In this document: piece after piece, positions 19,825-29,200 of the stretch | Layout of the letters: each line of letters opens with the position of its first letter | How positions within the stretch are numbered: the first letter of the stretch is position 1 | NCBI GenBank assembly: GCA_016777125.1 | Contig: JADHSC010000003.1 | Span: 15,164 to 79,163 of the forward strand | Direction of reading: 5' to 3' | DNA from: Candidatus Poseidoniaceae archaeon | GTDB lineage: Archaea; Thermoplasmatota; Poseidoniia; Poseidoniales; Poseidoniaceae | DNA: 64,000 nt | The notes under the pieces: generated by a model | The model's database searches: none | What the model was told of the DNA's origin: nothing | Seen by the model: only the letters and a program-made list of their open reading frames with translations | Made by a program: the position numbers and the translations under genes

Positions 19825-20787
19825 ATGGGTCGTTTTGACGGAGCACTTCAAGGGGTTATGTTAGTGTCCCTTTTGTTGCTATTCCCCATCACCATTCAAT
19901 TATTGGTTCAACAAGATGATAGCCCTCTGTGGCGAACTGTTGTGGTCGAAATTGAATCCGATGAAGAGAACGATGGTACTGATGCACGCACCGAATCATT
20001 ATCTCGTGAAGATGTTGCCCGCATTGCTACATTTAACATCAAAGTATTCGGTGAAACGAAGATGGGTAAAGCAGAGGTTGTTGCAGAATTAGTCGACATA
20101 GTTCATCGCTATGACATGGTTGTTGTCCAAGAGATCAAGGATATTGATTCAACAGTCCCCTATGATTTCCTTGATGCCATCAATCAATATGGAAATGAGA
20201 CATATGCTATGGTGCTAAGTGAACGTTCTGGACTCCAGGAAGATGATAGCGGAAGCCAAGAACAATATGCATTTTATTACAGAGAGTCGGTGTTTGTTCC
20301 AAACGAGGCATGGTTGCACAATGATTCTCAAGATGATGCATTCCAACGTGAACCTTTCATTGCAAACTTTGGAATGATGAATCTAAATAACTCGATCACA
20401 GAAAATATGACATTTATCACGGTACATACCAAACCTTCCGAAGCAGTGAATGAAACCTCAGCGTTAGATGATGTTGTTCAAACGTATTTGGAAAATCGTA
20501 CACAAGAGAACATCATTTTGCTTGGTGATTTCAATGCTGATTGCAGTTATGCTTCAACATATGAATTGAATCAACTTTCACTTCGCCAACCACAATATCT
20601 GTGGGTGGTGCCAGATACTGCGGATACTGCATATTCCTCAAACAGCCATTGTGCATATGACCGAGTTGTGATGACAGGTGATATCGATGGCCGATTCTTT
20701 GGGCGATGGGGCGTAGATCGAGACATGTCTAGTTCAAATGTCTCGGACCATTATCCTGTTTGGTTCGATCTCGAACGCATCGAGTAA
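19825..20787 (+). CDS. Secreted or membrane-anchored DNase I-like endonuclease (EEP superfamily). The ORF track starts at 19768. The Met at 19825 is preferred because it begins the hydrophobic signal/anchor.
   Basis: ILLGDFNADCSYAS, CAYDRVVM and SDHYPVWFDL nearly match the vertebrate DNase I catalytic blocks MLMGDFNADCSY, CAYDRIVV and SDHYPVEV. N-terminal hydrophobic segment ALQGVMLVSLLLLFPITIQLLV. Confidence 0.65.
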   Translation: MGRFDGALQGVMLVSLLLLFPITIQLLVQQDDSPLWRTVVVEIESDEENDGTDARTESLSREDVARIATFNIKVFGETKMGKAEVVAELVDIVHRYDMVVVQEIKDIDSTVPYDFLDAINQYGNETYAMVLSERSGLQEDDSGSQEQYAFYYRESVFVPNEAWLHNDSQDDAFQREPFIANFGMMNLNNSITENMTFITVHTKPSEAVNETSALDDVVQTYLENRTQENIILLGDFNADCSYASTYELNQLSLRQPQYLWVVPDTADTAYSSNSHCAYDRVVMTGDIDGRFFGRWGVDRDMSSSNVSDHYPVWFDLERIE

Positions 20788-20799
20788 GGCGGGAAGAGA

Positions 20800-21630
20800 A
20801 TGCATCGAATTGCTTCAATTCCAGCCCGTATCAACATCATCGGTGAGCATACGGATTATGCAGGAGGCCTCTCCTTTGCATTTGCAGCACCTCAACGCCT
20901 GACCCTCAAAGCAACAGCAATTTCTGATGGATTTGAAGGTGAGAGTACGATTGTTTCTCTGTGGAAGGAAGCGAAAGGATGGCCAGCTCAACTGACTGTA
21001 ACAAGCGAAATTCCAATAGGAGCAGGGATGTCATCTTCAGCTGCACTATGTTTAGCAATTGTTCTGTGCATTAACAAGGATATTGAAGCATTCCAGGCAT
21101 GTCAAGAAGCACAACGTATCGAACATGTTGTTCTCGGAACAGAGTGCGGTTTACTCGATCAAATCGCAATGATGTTTTCCAAACCCAATCATGCAACATT
21201 AATCGATTTTTCAACGATTACGACAACACAACACCCCCTACCAGAATCCCATGTGTTCAAACTTATTGATTCAGGAATTCACAGAACATTGGGGGAAATG
21301 GACTATCGAACATCTGTCGATGAACAAACAAAGAACATCCATGTCCAAGAAGAAAATCAACGTGTAAAAGAAGCGATTAGAGCCTCACCAGAACAATTAG
21401 GATTGCTGCTCAACGCCACTCATCAATCATTACGAACCATCGGCGTTAGTATAGAAGAGATCGATCAACAAGTGATGGCCCTTCAAAATACACCAGGAGT
21501 CTTGGGTGCTCGCATGATGGGTGGTGGATTTGGAGGGATGATTCTTGTTCTTGTTGAACATGAGGGAATCTTACCTGAAACTACTGTTGTCCAACCCTCA
21601 GAGGCTGGTTTTGTTCAGGAATTCCTCTAA
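20800..21630 (+). CDS. GHMP-family sugar kinase, galactokinase-like.
   Basis: PARINIIGEHTDYAGG (galactokinase-like motif I), PIGAGMSSSAAL (motif II) and MGGGFGG (motif III). Confidence 0.6.
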   Translation: MHRIASIPARINIIGEHTDYAGGLSFAFAAPQRLTLKATAISDGFEGESTIVSLWKEAKGWPAQLTVTSEIPIGAGMSSSAALCLAIVLCINKDIEAFQACQEAQRIEHVVLGTECGLLDQIAMMFSKPNHATLIDFSTITTTQHPLPESHVFKLIDSGIHRTLGEMDYRTSVDEQTKNIHVQEENQRVKEAIRASPEQLGLLLNATHQSLRTIGVSIEEIDQQVMALQNTPGVLGARMMGGGFGGMILVLVEHEGILPETTVVQPSEAGFVQEFL

Positions 21631-23574
21631 TCGTTCCAAACGATCAGGTGTTCCCATGTCCCAAAACTTCGTATTATCCAAATATGCTGAGGCTTTCATT
21701 GCCATTTCGGGATAGACTGTTTCTTCCCAACTCCATGTTCCATCTTTACCGTGTTCGAGGAGAACCCTTTTCTCTACAACACTGGTTCCAGATTCATAGC
21801 CATTGAATTCAGATGGAGGAGATGTGCTCTTATCGTATTGAGCGATTTTCCCATCAACATGTAGAAGATTCATCTCATCATGTTCAGTTGTTACAGTAAG
21901 GGTTAACGGAGAGGATTCTTGTTCATGATAAGCGACAATTTCGCCATAATCGATTGGATGAAAATCATCGCCCCAAAGTAAAATGAATCGGTCTTGAAGA
22001 AGGTGCCTGGCATTCCACAGAGCACCTCCAGTCCCAAGTGGCTCGGATTCTTGATGAAACGTAAGGGCCATTCCTTCATGTCGGAAACCATCGAATTGCT
22101 CACCCAAATGCCCTGTTAGAATCAAAGCCTCCATACAACCTTGAGCGCCAGCCCAATCAAGAATGTGAGAAAGGATAGGTTTTCCGGACACGTCAATGAG
22201 AGATTTTGGCATTTGTTTCGTCCGTTCACCGAGACGTGTTCCCAATCCACCAGCTAGGATAACGACTTGGGGTAAGCGGTGTGCTTTGACAATCTCTGAA
22301 TACAAAGCACCGCTTTCTTTTAGTGTTCGTTCTTTGGTTTCAAAATCGACATGATAGAGGCCAAATCGTTGATCATAGCCTTCAGCCCATTCGAAATTAT
22401 CCATAAGACTCCAATGATAAAATCCACGTATATCCATCCCATCTGCAATGGCTTCACCGGTTATCTGCAAGTGACGCCGGATATGTTCAGGACGCATGTC
22501 ATCATCGTCATCTGCAACTCCGTTTTCAGTGACAATAATTGGAAGATTAAGGCATGAAACCATATCAAAAGCACGTCGCAATCCCTCAGCATACATGGGA
22601 TATCTGAAATCAGTTCGTTGTTCCCATGGACGAATCAATGGATCGATATCGACTTTAGTTGGCATGAACGGAGTGGCAAGAAGATGAGTGTAGTAATTGA
22701 CCCCAATGAAATCACTACTTCCTTTTAGTCCTGGAATTTCCTTTGAACGAAGAGCTGAAGGCGCCTTGAATCGTCCTGTCATCAATCCTTTAATCCAACA
22801 AAGATTGAACATTCCATCGAGAAATCGTGCTTGGAATCGGTGCAATGGATTCCAACGACGGTATGGATCGAAGATATTGATATTCTTCACCAATCCGATA
22901 TGAGCACGCTTACCATGCTCCATGGATTTCAGGGTTTGATAGCAACGGGCGTGAGCTCTCATAAGATTGGTTGAAACGATTCTAGTTTTCTTAAATGAGC
23001 GCTCACCTGGTGGAAACTCTCCCAAGACATATCCCATCGAGGCAAATACTGCAGGTTCGTTGATGGTACACCACCAGTCTATGCGGTCACTCAATACTTC
23101 AAACATTTTCACACAGAAGCGAATCCAATCGTCAATATTGTTCTCGTTCTCAAAGCCTCCTTTTTCATCCCACCAGAGAGGGTGTGTGAAATGATGGAGA
23201 GTTGCCATCGGTTGGATGCCTTTGTCAAGAAGTTGGTCGACAAGGTCCGAATACCATTGAACTGCATCCTCATCCCAGATACCTTGTTGTGGTTCAATAC
23301 GACTCCATTCGATTGAAAATCTGTAGTGTGAAACATTTAGATCTTTGATCAGTTGAATATCTTCTTTCTTTCGATTCCAATGATCGCATGCATCACCACT
23401 GAGTTGACCACTTTTTGAACGTGGCTCAAATGCAGACCAATTGTTGGTATTTCCACCTTCAATTTGATGAGATGCAGTAGCAACACCCCACATGAAATTC
23501 GGTGGGAAAAGATTTCCCGATAGAAGGTTTGTGTAGTCTACTGAGTCCCAATCACGATGTTCTTCAATCCCCAT
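21598..23574 (-). CDS. Fusion protein. N-terminal glycoside hydrolase family 1 (beta-glucosidase/beta-galactosidase). C-terminal sugar-1-phosphate nucleotidyltransferase. The ORF track starts at 23643. The Met at 23574 avoids overlap with the upstream gene.
   Basis: GH1 signature FMWGVATASHQIEGG, TENG nucleophile motif, NEP acid/base region. C-terminal VVILAGGLGTRLGERTKQMPKSLIDVSGKPIL nucleotidyltransferase G-loop. Confidence 0.7.
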   Translation of the reverse strand: MGIEEHRDWDSVDYTNLLSGNLFPPNFMWGVATASHQIEGGNTNNWSAFEPRSKSGQLSGDACDHWNRKKEDIQLIKDLNVSHYRFSIEWSRIEPQQGIWDEDAVQWYSDLVDQLLDKGIQPMATLHHFTHPLWWDEKGGFENENNIDDWIRFCVKMFEVLSDRIDWWCTINEPAVFASMGYVLGEFPPGERSFKKTRIVSTNLMRAHARCYQTLKSMEHGKRAHIGLVKNINIFDPYRRWNPLHRFQARFLDGMFNLCWIKGLMTGRFKAPSALRSKEIPGLKGSSDFIGVNYYTHLLATPFMPTKVDIDPLIRPWEQRTDFRYPMYAEGLRRAFDMVSCLNLPIIVTENGVADDDDDMRPEHIRRHLQITGEAIADGMDIRGFYHWSLMDNFEWAEGYDQRFGLYHVDFETKERTLKESGALYSEIVKAHRLPQVVILAGGLGTRLGERTKQMPKSLIDVSGKPILSHILDWAGAQGCMEALILTGHLGEQFDGFRHEGMALTFHQESEPLGTGGALWNARHLLQDRFILLWGDDFHPIDYGEIVAYHEQESSPLTLTVTTEHDEMNLLHVDGKIAQYDKSTSPPSEFNGYESGTSVVEKRVLLEHGKDGTWSWEETVYPEMAMKASAYLDNTKFWDMGTPDRLERLEEFLNKTSL

Positions 23575-23600
23575 ACTGGCACCACCAAAGCGATAGAAAT

Positions 23601-26198
23601 TCACTGGAGTCGAGACCAGGAACCATCGGAACCAACGTCCCATTGTTGTAATTCAGTACTCGCATCAACATACCAACCGGTTTCTCCTTGATTGGTTCCA
23701 GGTGCCGCTTGCATAACTCCAATTTGAGTGGCCTTGACTGCGAGTTCGTCTCTCAAAGCATCTTCGATAACAGGTGCTGAGTCAACAGAAACTTGTGCTG
23801 GAGGAGATTTAGGCTCGTCCTCTACTGGAGCGATGGATTCAGAGGAGACCACGTCTTCTTCGTCATCTTCTTCATCCTCATATTCATACTCATCATCATA
23901 TTCATCCCATTCTTCTTCTTTGGAATTACCTCGGCGAATGAGTACGATAAGAACTGCAAAAATCATCAGCAAGAAGACGATACCAATGGACATGGCAGTA
24001 TTTGTTGAACCAAGAGCACCTCCTAGAAGGACAGATTCAACATCATAAAACTGTTGCGAGATAAGTCCTTGCCATGCGACTGTGCATGAACGATCTGTAC
24101 CTGCTTCTTCGAGTTCGATTTCCCATGTATCGGATTTGACGTGACTGGCTTTTCCGGATGAACATGTGATACTGGTTTTATCTGGAACGACTTCAACTCG
24201 ATTCCCTTGGCTGTCCTCAGCCCAAACCTTGAGCAAGGTGACTTCACCTTGACTCAACGATTCGTTACTCACTGAAGTGAGAACACGCACTGGATCTCCT
24301 GGAAGAATTGTCAACGGAAGAATGACTGAAGCATTTCCTTGTTGAAGTTCAATATCATATGTCCCAGATATGACACCATCGAGTTGCCAATAGCCACGTC
24401 CTGTTGAAGAGGGTTCGATTGAAACAAAACCAGACTCTACTAGTTGAATATCTTCAGCAGGAGCAACGTTTCCGTGGACATCAACAATCTCCACGAAGAG
24501 GTCGCTGGAGATACCTGCTGTAATTATCAGTACATCTCCACCATCTGTGACGAGGGTGTTTTCTGAACCCGTGATTACATTGATACGAACTGCAGCAAAT
24601 ACTCCATCAGCGTTTGCTCGTATCTCATGCTCTCCTACTTCGGTGGGATACCATTTACCACCCGACATGAGTAAATCGAGTGTTGAATCAACACCATCTA
24701 TGGTCCAATTGACTGCAACAAATGGAATGATATTTCCATATGAATCTGTGAAATCTGGATCAAATTGCAAGAATGAATCTGCTGGAACCTCTGTACCTGT
24801 TTCTGGTAAGATAATGAACGCCAACCGGCCTGGTTCAACCATTTCTTGATATTCACTTTGGTGTAAAATACCAGTGTAATTATCGAAATATGTTGCTGAG
24901 AATCGAATGCTCTCAGTGAGTTTTGGAGTGAATGTTGCATAAGAGGAGAATATTTCAGATGATGATTGGTCGTTACTTGTTTTCGTAATATTACCATCGA
25001 CTTGCCATATATTTCCGAAAGCATCAGTCGCCTCATGGACCAAAGCAACTTGCAAACCTGCACTTAATCGAGGTAAACTTGGAACAAGTTGTGTGGAAAC
25101 TGCAGCCCCATGAACCACAGTGACTGTCTTTGAAGCAACAATGTCGGAATCAATGACTTCCATTGCCAAGGAACCCTCTTTACCAGGAGTCCAATGGATT
25201 TCATCGCCTACTTGAGCTACTGCACCATTACCAACGGTCCAATTTCCGATTGGAACTGGAACTGGAGAAGTATAGCCAGATGAATCGGTACGGACTGCTT
25301 CTAATCGATACACCTCTCCTGATTGGTAGGTTGTTTCCTCAGGCATAATTTGAATCGAAACAATGGCTGCATCAGCAGGAATGACTCTGATGGTACCATT
25401 ACCATAAACAGACCCTGCACGGATACTGAGATTCCAAACTCCTGGTGCTGAGGCAAAGAAGTAACCTTGGGCGGTAATACTTCCATTCTCGGCGGTCCAG
25501 ACTTTTGACCCCGCCAATGTATCATTCATCTCTTGACCGAATGAATCAACCAGTGCTGGAGTGAGTTTGACGCCAAATCCGCTACGAATCACAAGATTCT
25601 CCTCAAAGATAAATTCGAAGGGATCTCCCGCTATCGCTTCCATTGAAACTTGTTGTTCCATTTGATCAAAACGCGCAACCACTTCGTAGTCACCCAGAGT
25701 TGGAGGCGTCCACAATGGCTGCCCTTGCCCAACATATTCTCCATCAACACTCCATACAACACCAAGTCCAGTTCGAGGATTACCGTGTGAATCAAGGAGA
25801 TTGGCTTGAAGTTGGAATGGCTGTTTGGCCTTCGGAGATGTTGTGGTGTTGATCTCAATTGATTGACCCCAACCTGCCTCAACAGTCACCACAACAGTAT
25901 CGTTGAAGCCTGCATGTTCAGCTCGTATGGTTACTTGACCAGCCGACCAAGGAAAGAAGAGACCACCATCTTCGACTGTACCGTTTGTAGAAGACCACAT
26001 GATCTCGCCTTCGACAACGTTGTTCAATGCGTCGTAGATTGTTGCATCTAATTGTAGGACACCATCGGAAGAAATCGATGTTGAAGGCGTTGTGATAACG
26101 ACTTGGGCAGCGGGACCTGCTGCAGTTACTGGAAGGCTCGTCAACGGAACGAACATCAACAGAATGCACAAAAAGAATGCAGACTGTTTCGAACTCAT
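23601..26198 (-). CDS. Large cell-surface protein (865 aa). Signal peptide, Ig-like beta domains, C-terminal TM anchor, and an acidic Trp-containing cytoplasmic tail.
   Basis: MSSKQSAFFLCILLMFVPLTSLPVTAAG signal. C-terminal IGIVFLLMIFAVLIVLI TM, then EEEWDEYDDEYEYEDEEDDEED and a terminal GWYVD...QQWDV...W motif. Its start lies 8 nt after the end of the 3054-aa gene. Confidence 0.6.
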   Translation of the reverse strand: MSSKQSAFFLCILLMFVPLTSLPVTAAGPAAQVVITTPSTSISSDGVLQLDATIYDALNNVVEGEIMWSSTNGTVEDGGLFFPWSAGQVTIRAEHAGFNDTVVVTVEAGWGQSIEINTTTSPKAKQPFQLQANLLDSHGNPRTGLGVVWSVDGEYVGQGQPLWTPPTLGDYEVVARFDQMEQQVSMEAIAGDPFEFIFEENLVIRSGFGVKLTPALVDSFGQEMNDTLAGSKVWTAENGSITAQGYFFASAPGVWNLSIRAGSVYGNGTIRVIPADAAIVSIQIMPEETTYQSGEVYRLEAVRTDSSGYTSPVPVPIGNWTVGNGAVAQVGDEIHWTPGKEGSLAMEVIDSDIVASKTVTVVHGAAVSTQLVPSLPRLSAGLQVALVHEATDAFGNIWQVDGNITKTSNDQSSSEIFSSYATFTPKLTESIRFSATYFDNYTGILHQSEYQEMVEPGRLAFIILPETGTEVPADSFLQFDPDFTDSYGNIIPFVAVNWTIDGVDSTLDLLMSGGKWYPTEVGEHEIRANADGVFAAVRINVITGSENTLVTDGGDVLIITAGISSDLFVEIVDVHGNVAPAEDIQLVESGFVSIEPSSTGRGYWQLDGVISGTYDIELQQGNASVILPLTILPGDPVRVLTSVSNESLSQGEVTLLKVWAEDSQGNRVEVVPDKTSITCSSGKASHVKSDTWEIELEEAGTDRSCTVAWQGLISQQFYDVESVLLGGALGSTNTAMSIGIVFLLMIFAVLIVLIRRGNSKEEEWDEYDDEYEYEDEEDDEEDVVSSESIAPVEDEPKSPPAQVSVDSAPVIEDALRDELAVKATQIGVMQAAPGTNQGETGWYVDASTELQQWDVGSDGSWSRLQ

Positions 26199-26206
26199 TC
26201 AACCAC

Positions 26207-29200
26207 CTAATCTTCCCAGACAGCCCAATCGGTTTGACCTGGTTCTCTGTAGTACCATGTCTCATCTTCATTTTGAGCCCATTCAGTTCCATCGTCATCG
26301 ACTCGATGTTCGACCATCCAACTCGTATCCTCTTTTTCTTCGGCTTCGGGTGGAGGGTTGGATGGACCAGTTCCAGGTGCAGGGCCACTCGGACCAGTTC
26401 CAGGCGCAGGACCACTTGGGCCTCGAGTTGCTGGGGCTGAATCCTCATCGTCTTCGTCATAGTCATCATCCCAGTCATCATCATCTCTTCCTGAACGGAG
26501 AGCCATGACGAGGAGAACAAGTAAAACAACAGCGATTAAGCCAATCAGAACGGCTCCGACGTAATACAAGGCACCGCCTGCTGCGAAGAATCCACCAAAG
26601 GTTCCAGTTACTTCAATCTCCAGAGATTCACTAACTTGCCCCGCTGTAACAGTAATCGTTTGACCTCCACTATCGAGCGTTGTTACTCGCCATTGACCTG
26701 GTCCAAGTTCCTTGACAGTTCCTCGGCCAGTTGAATCAACACGCGCACTGCTTGGAACAGGGATCGGATTGTAGAACATATCTTTAGCTTCAACTGTGAC
26801 ATCAATCGATGCTTGTTGGTCCACAGTTGTTGCAGACAAAACAACTTCGAGATACGCAACCACCATTTGAGGCTGTATTGAAAGTTCGAACGTATTGGTT
26901 GCCGACGGTGTGGAATAGACCATGACATGCTCACCAGCAACGGATGCCTGATAGAGATAGCCTCCAGGTATACGTTCACCGTCTAAGTTGGCAAGAGGAA
27001 CAATTCGAGAAGAAAGCGTTCCATCTTCAGTCCATTCAACATCCTGAGGGAAGGTGTTACCGTCGTTATCAGTACCGGTGATGATAATGTCAATCGATTC
27101 ACCTGCATCTTCACTTAGTGTATCAAGAGCATGGTCAAGTGAAACTGCAATACCATGATACACAGAAATATCAACCTGTTTCGAATAATTGAATCCTTCT
27201 GCATTAACAACGAATGCAGTTATTCGGTAAGATCCAACAGTAGTTGCTTCCCAATGATAAGCATCAGCTTCGAACGTAGAAGTCATATCCTGAATAGAAC
27301 CAGAATCTAAATCTTCGAATAACCACGTAAGTCTTGAGGCCTCCAAAGGATTCAAATCTCCGTCGCTAAGACTTACTGAGAAGTCGATATGTTGATCTGC
27401 ACTTATATCGTATGTCGTTGATGAATCACCAGTTGAGGCGACTGAATTCATTGTGAAAATCTGCAAAATTCCTTCGGATACTACCGCTGAAACAGATTCG
27501 CTAAAGACAACACTTCCAGATGTATATTCTGCATAGATCATGTACGGGATTTCTGATGCCAACTGCGGCATGAATTCGGTTTCATCAGAGAGTGTGTAGA
27601 GAAGCACGGACTGATCGGTCCAACTTGGATGGGATATGGTCCAATTTACGTCAATTGTCCATCGATTTCCTTTCGCATCAGTAGCCTTTGCCTTCACTTG
27701 CAATGTCTCATCTGCAGTCAAACTGTAGGATTGATCATTTGCATCAGCCGAATCGACAATCAGTGCCATACCAGTCATTGCACCCTTGGTGACGTTGACT
27801 GTAATTGATGCTGAAATTGTTTCGTACTGTGCTGTTATCACACGGCCACCAAGCCCGGTTGGAATCCATTGCACTGGATGATTGAATGTGATATTCACCG
27901 CACCATCGCTCACAAACGTCCAATTTGCTAACGGCAAGGAAACTGGCAATCTGTTTCCTTGAATGTCGATTCTTGTCGTGTTCATGAAGATGATTTCATC
28001 GGCTGTCAAGTCCCATGCCGAAGGAACAATTTCTAGTGAATCCATTGCTCCATGCCCGGTGGTAATCGTGATTGAATCCGACAAGCCAATTCCAGAAGTC
28101 AAAGAGAATTGCCACGTACCGACTTGGTCGGCGAAATACATGCTGGTCGCTTCACTGTAGAGTCCATCGGTGACTGAATAGGTCAATGCACCTGCTTCAG
28201 ACAATGGAATGATGTTTCCGAATTGGTCATACAGAGTTGTAGTGATTTCACATTCTGTTCCTGCAGGAGTGACGCCTTCACATCCAACCAAGACGATCTC
28301 GGAAGGTGCACCAAGTTCAACTTGAACATTCACAATAACTGTGATTGTCGTCCAAGTCACAGATACTGTTTGACCTCCAACCGAATATGGTTGGAATACA
28401 TCGCCGAACGTACCGCCCATTGAACCGTTACTTGGTGAGAACGTGATGCTTTCTCCAGGGACAACATTTCCAAATTGATCAACGACATCTGCAGTTAATT
28501 GCAGCGTATCATCAGAAGTAATCGTTGCAGTAAGAGGTGTGACAACCAAGTTTACTGGAGCACCTGGCGTAACGGTCACTGTTTCATCAGCACAAATGAC
28601 ACCAAAACAAGCGGTGATTGTGTGAACTCCTGTTGTTGAAGGAGTGTAAACACCAGTTGAAGCATCGATTTGACCGCTTGAAGCAGACCAAACAATTGGG
28701 ACAGTTGCAACCAGAGAGTTGTAATCAAACGTTGAAGCACTGAATGTTACAGATGTATCAGCATCTGTGGTTGTTGCAGTTGGCGAGATGGTTACTGAAT
28801 CAATGTCAGTATAGTTCATTTGCATCAGTGGTCTTAGATTGCTGGTTGAATCGCTGTTATCTGCAAATTCAACTGTCATCCATCCTTGGTTAACGGTTGC
28901 GATGATGACCCATCCATGTGTGCCATCAATGAAGAGAGAACGATGTCCGAGGCTCATTTGCACCCATTGATTGGTCGCTTGAGAATTACTGACAAAGAAG
29001 GTATCGAGTGGCGTAGAATCATAATCCACACCAGGTTGAAGACCAGGAGCACCCCAAGTTGCAGCGCCCGTTCCGTTCCATGTCACAGAGGTTTCACCCC
29101 AACCAGTTGTCAAGACTTTGTGAACAGAGAGTGTCATTCCAGTTGCGCCTGCACCGAAGTCAAGATCGGTGAGGTACAAACTCAAATCAACAGAATGAAC

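Noticed and set aside
23728-24048. Plus-strand ORFs with poly-Ser and Phe/Ile-rich low complexity.
   Set aside because: Antisense shadow of the Asp/Glu/Tyr-rich acidic tail of the 865-aa surface protein.
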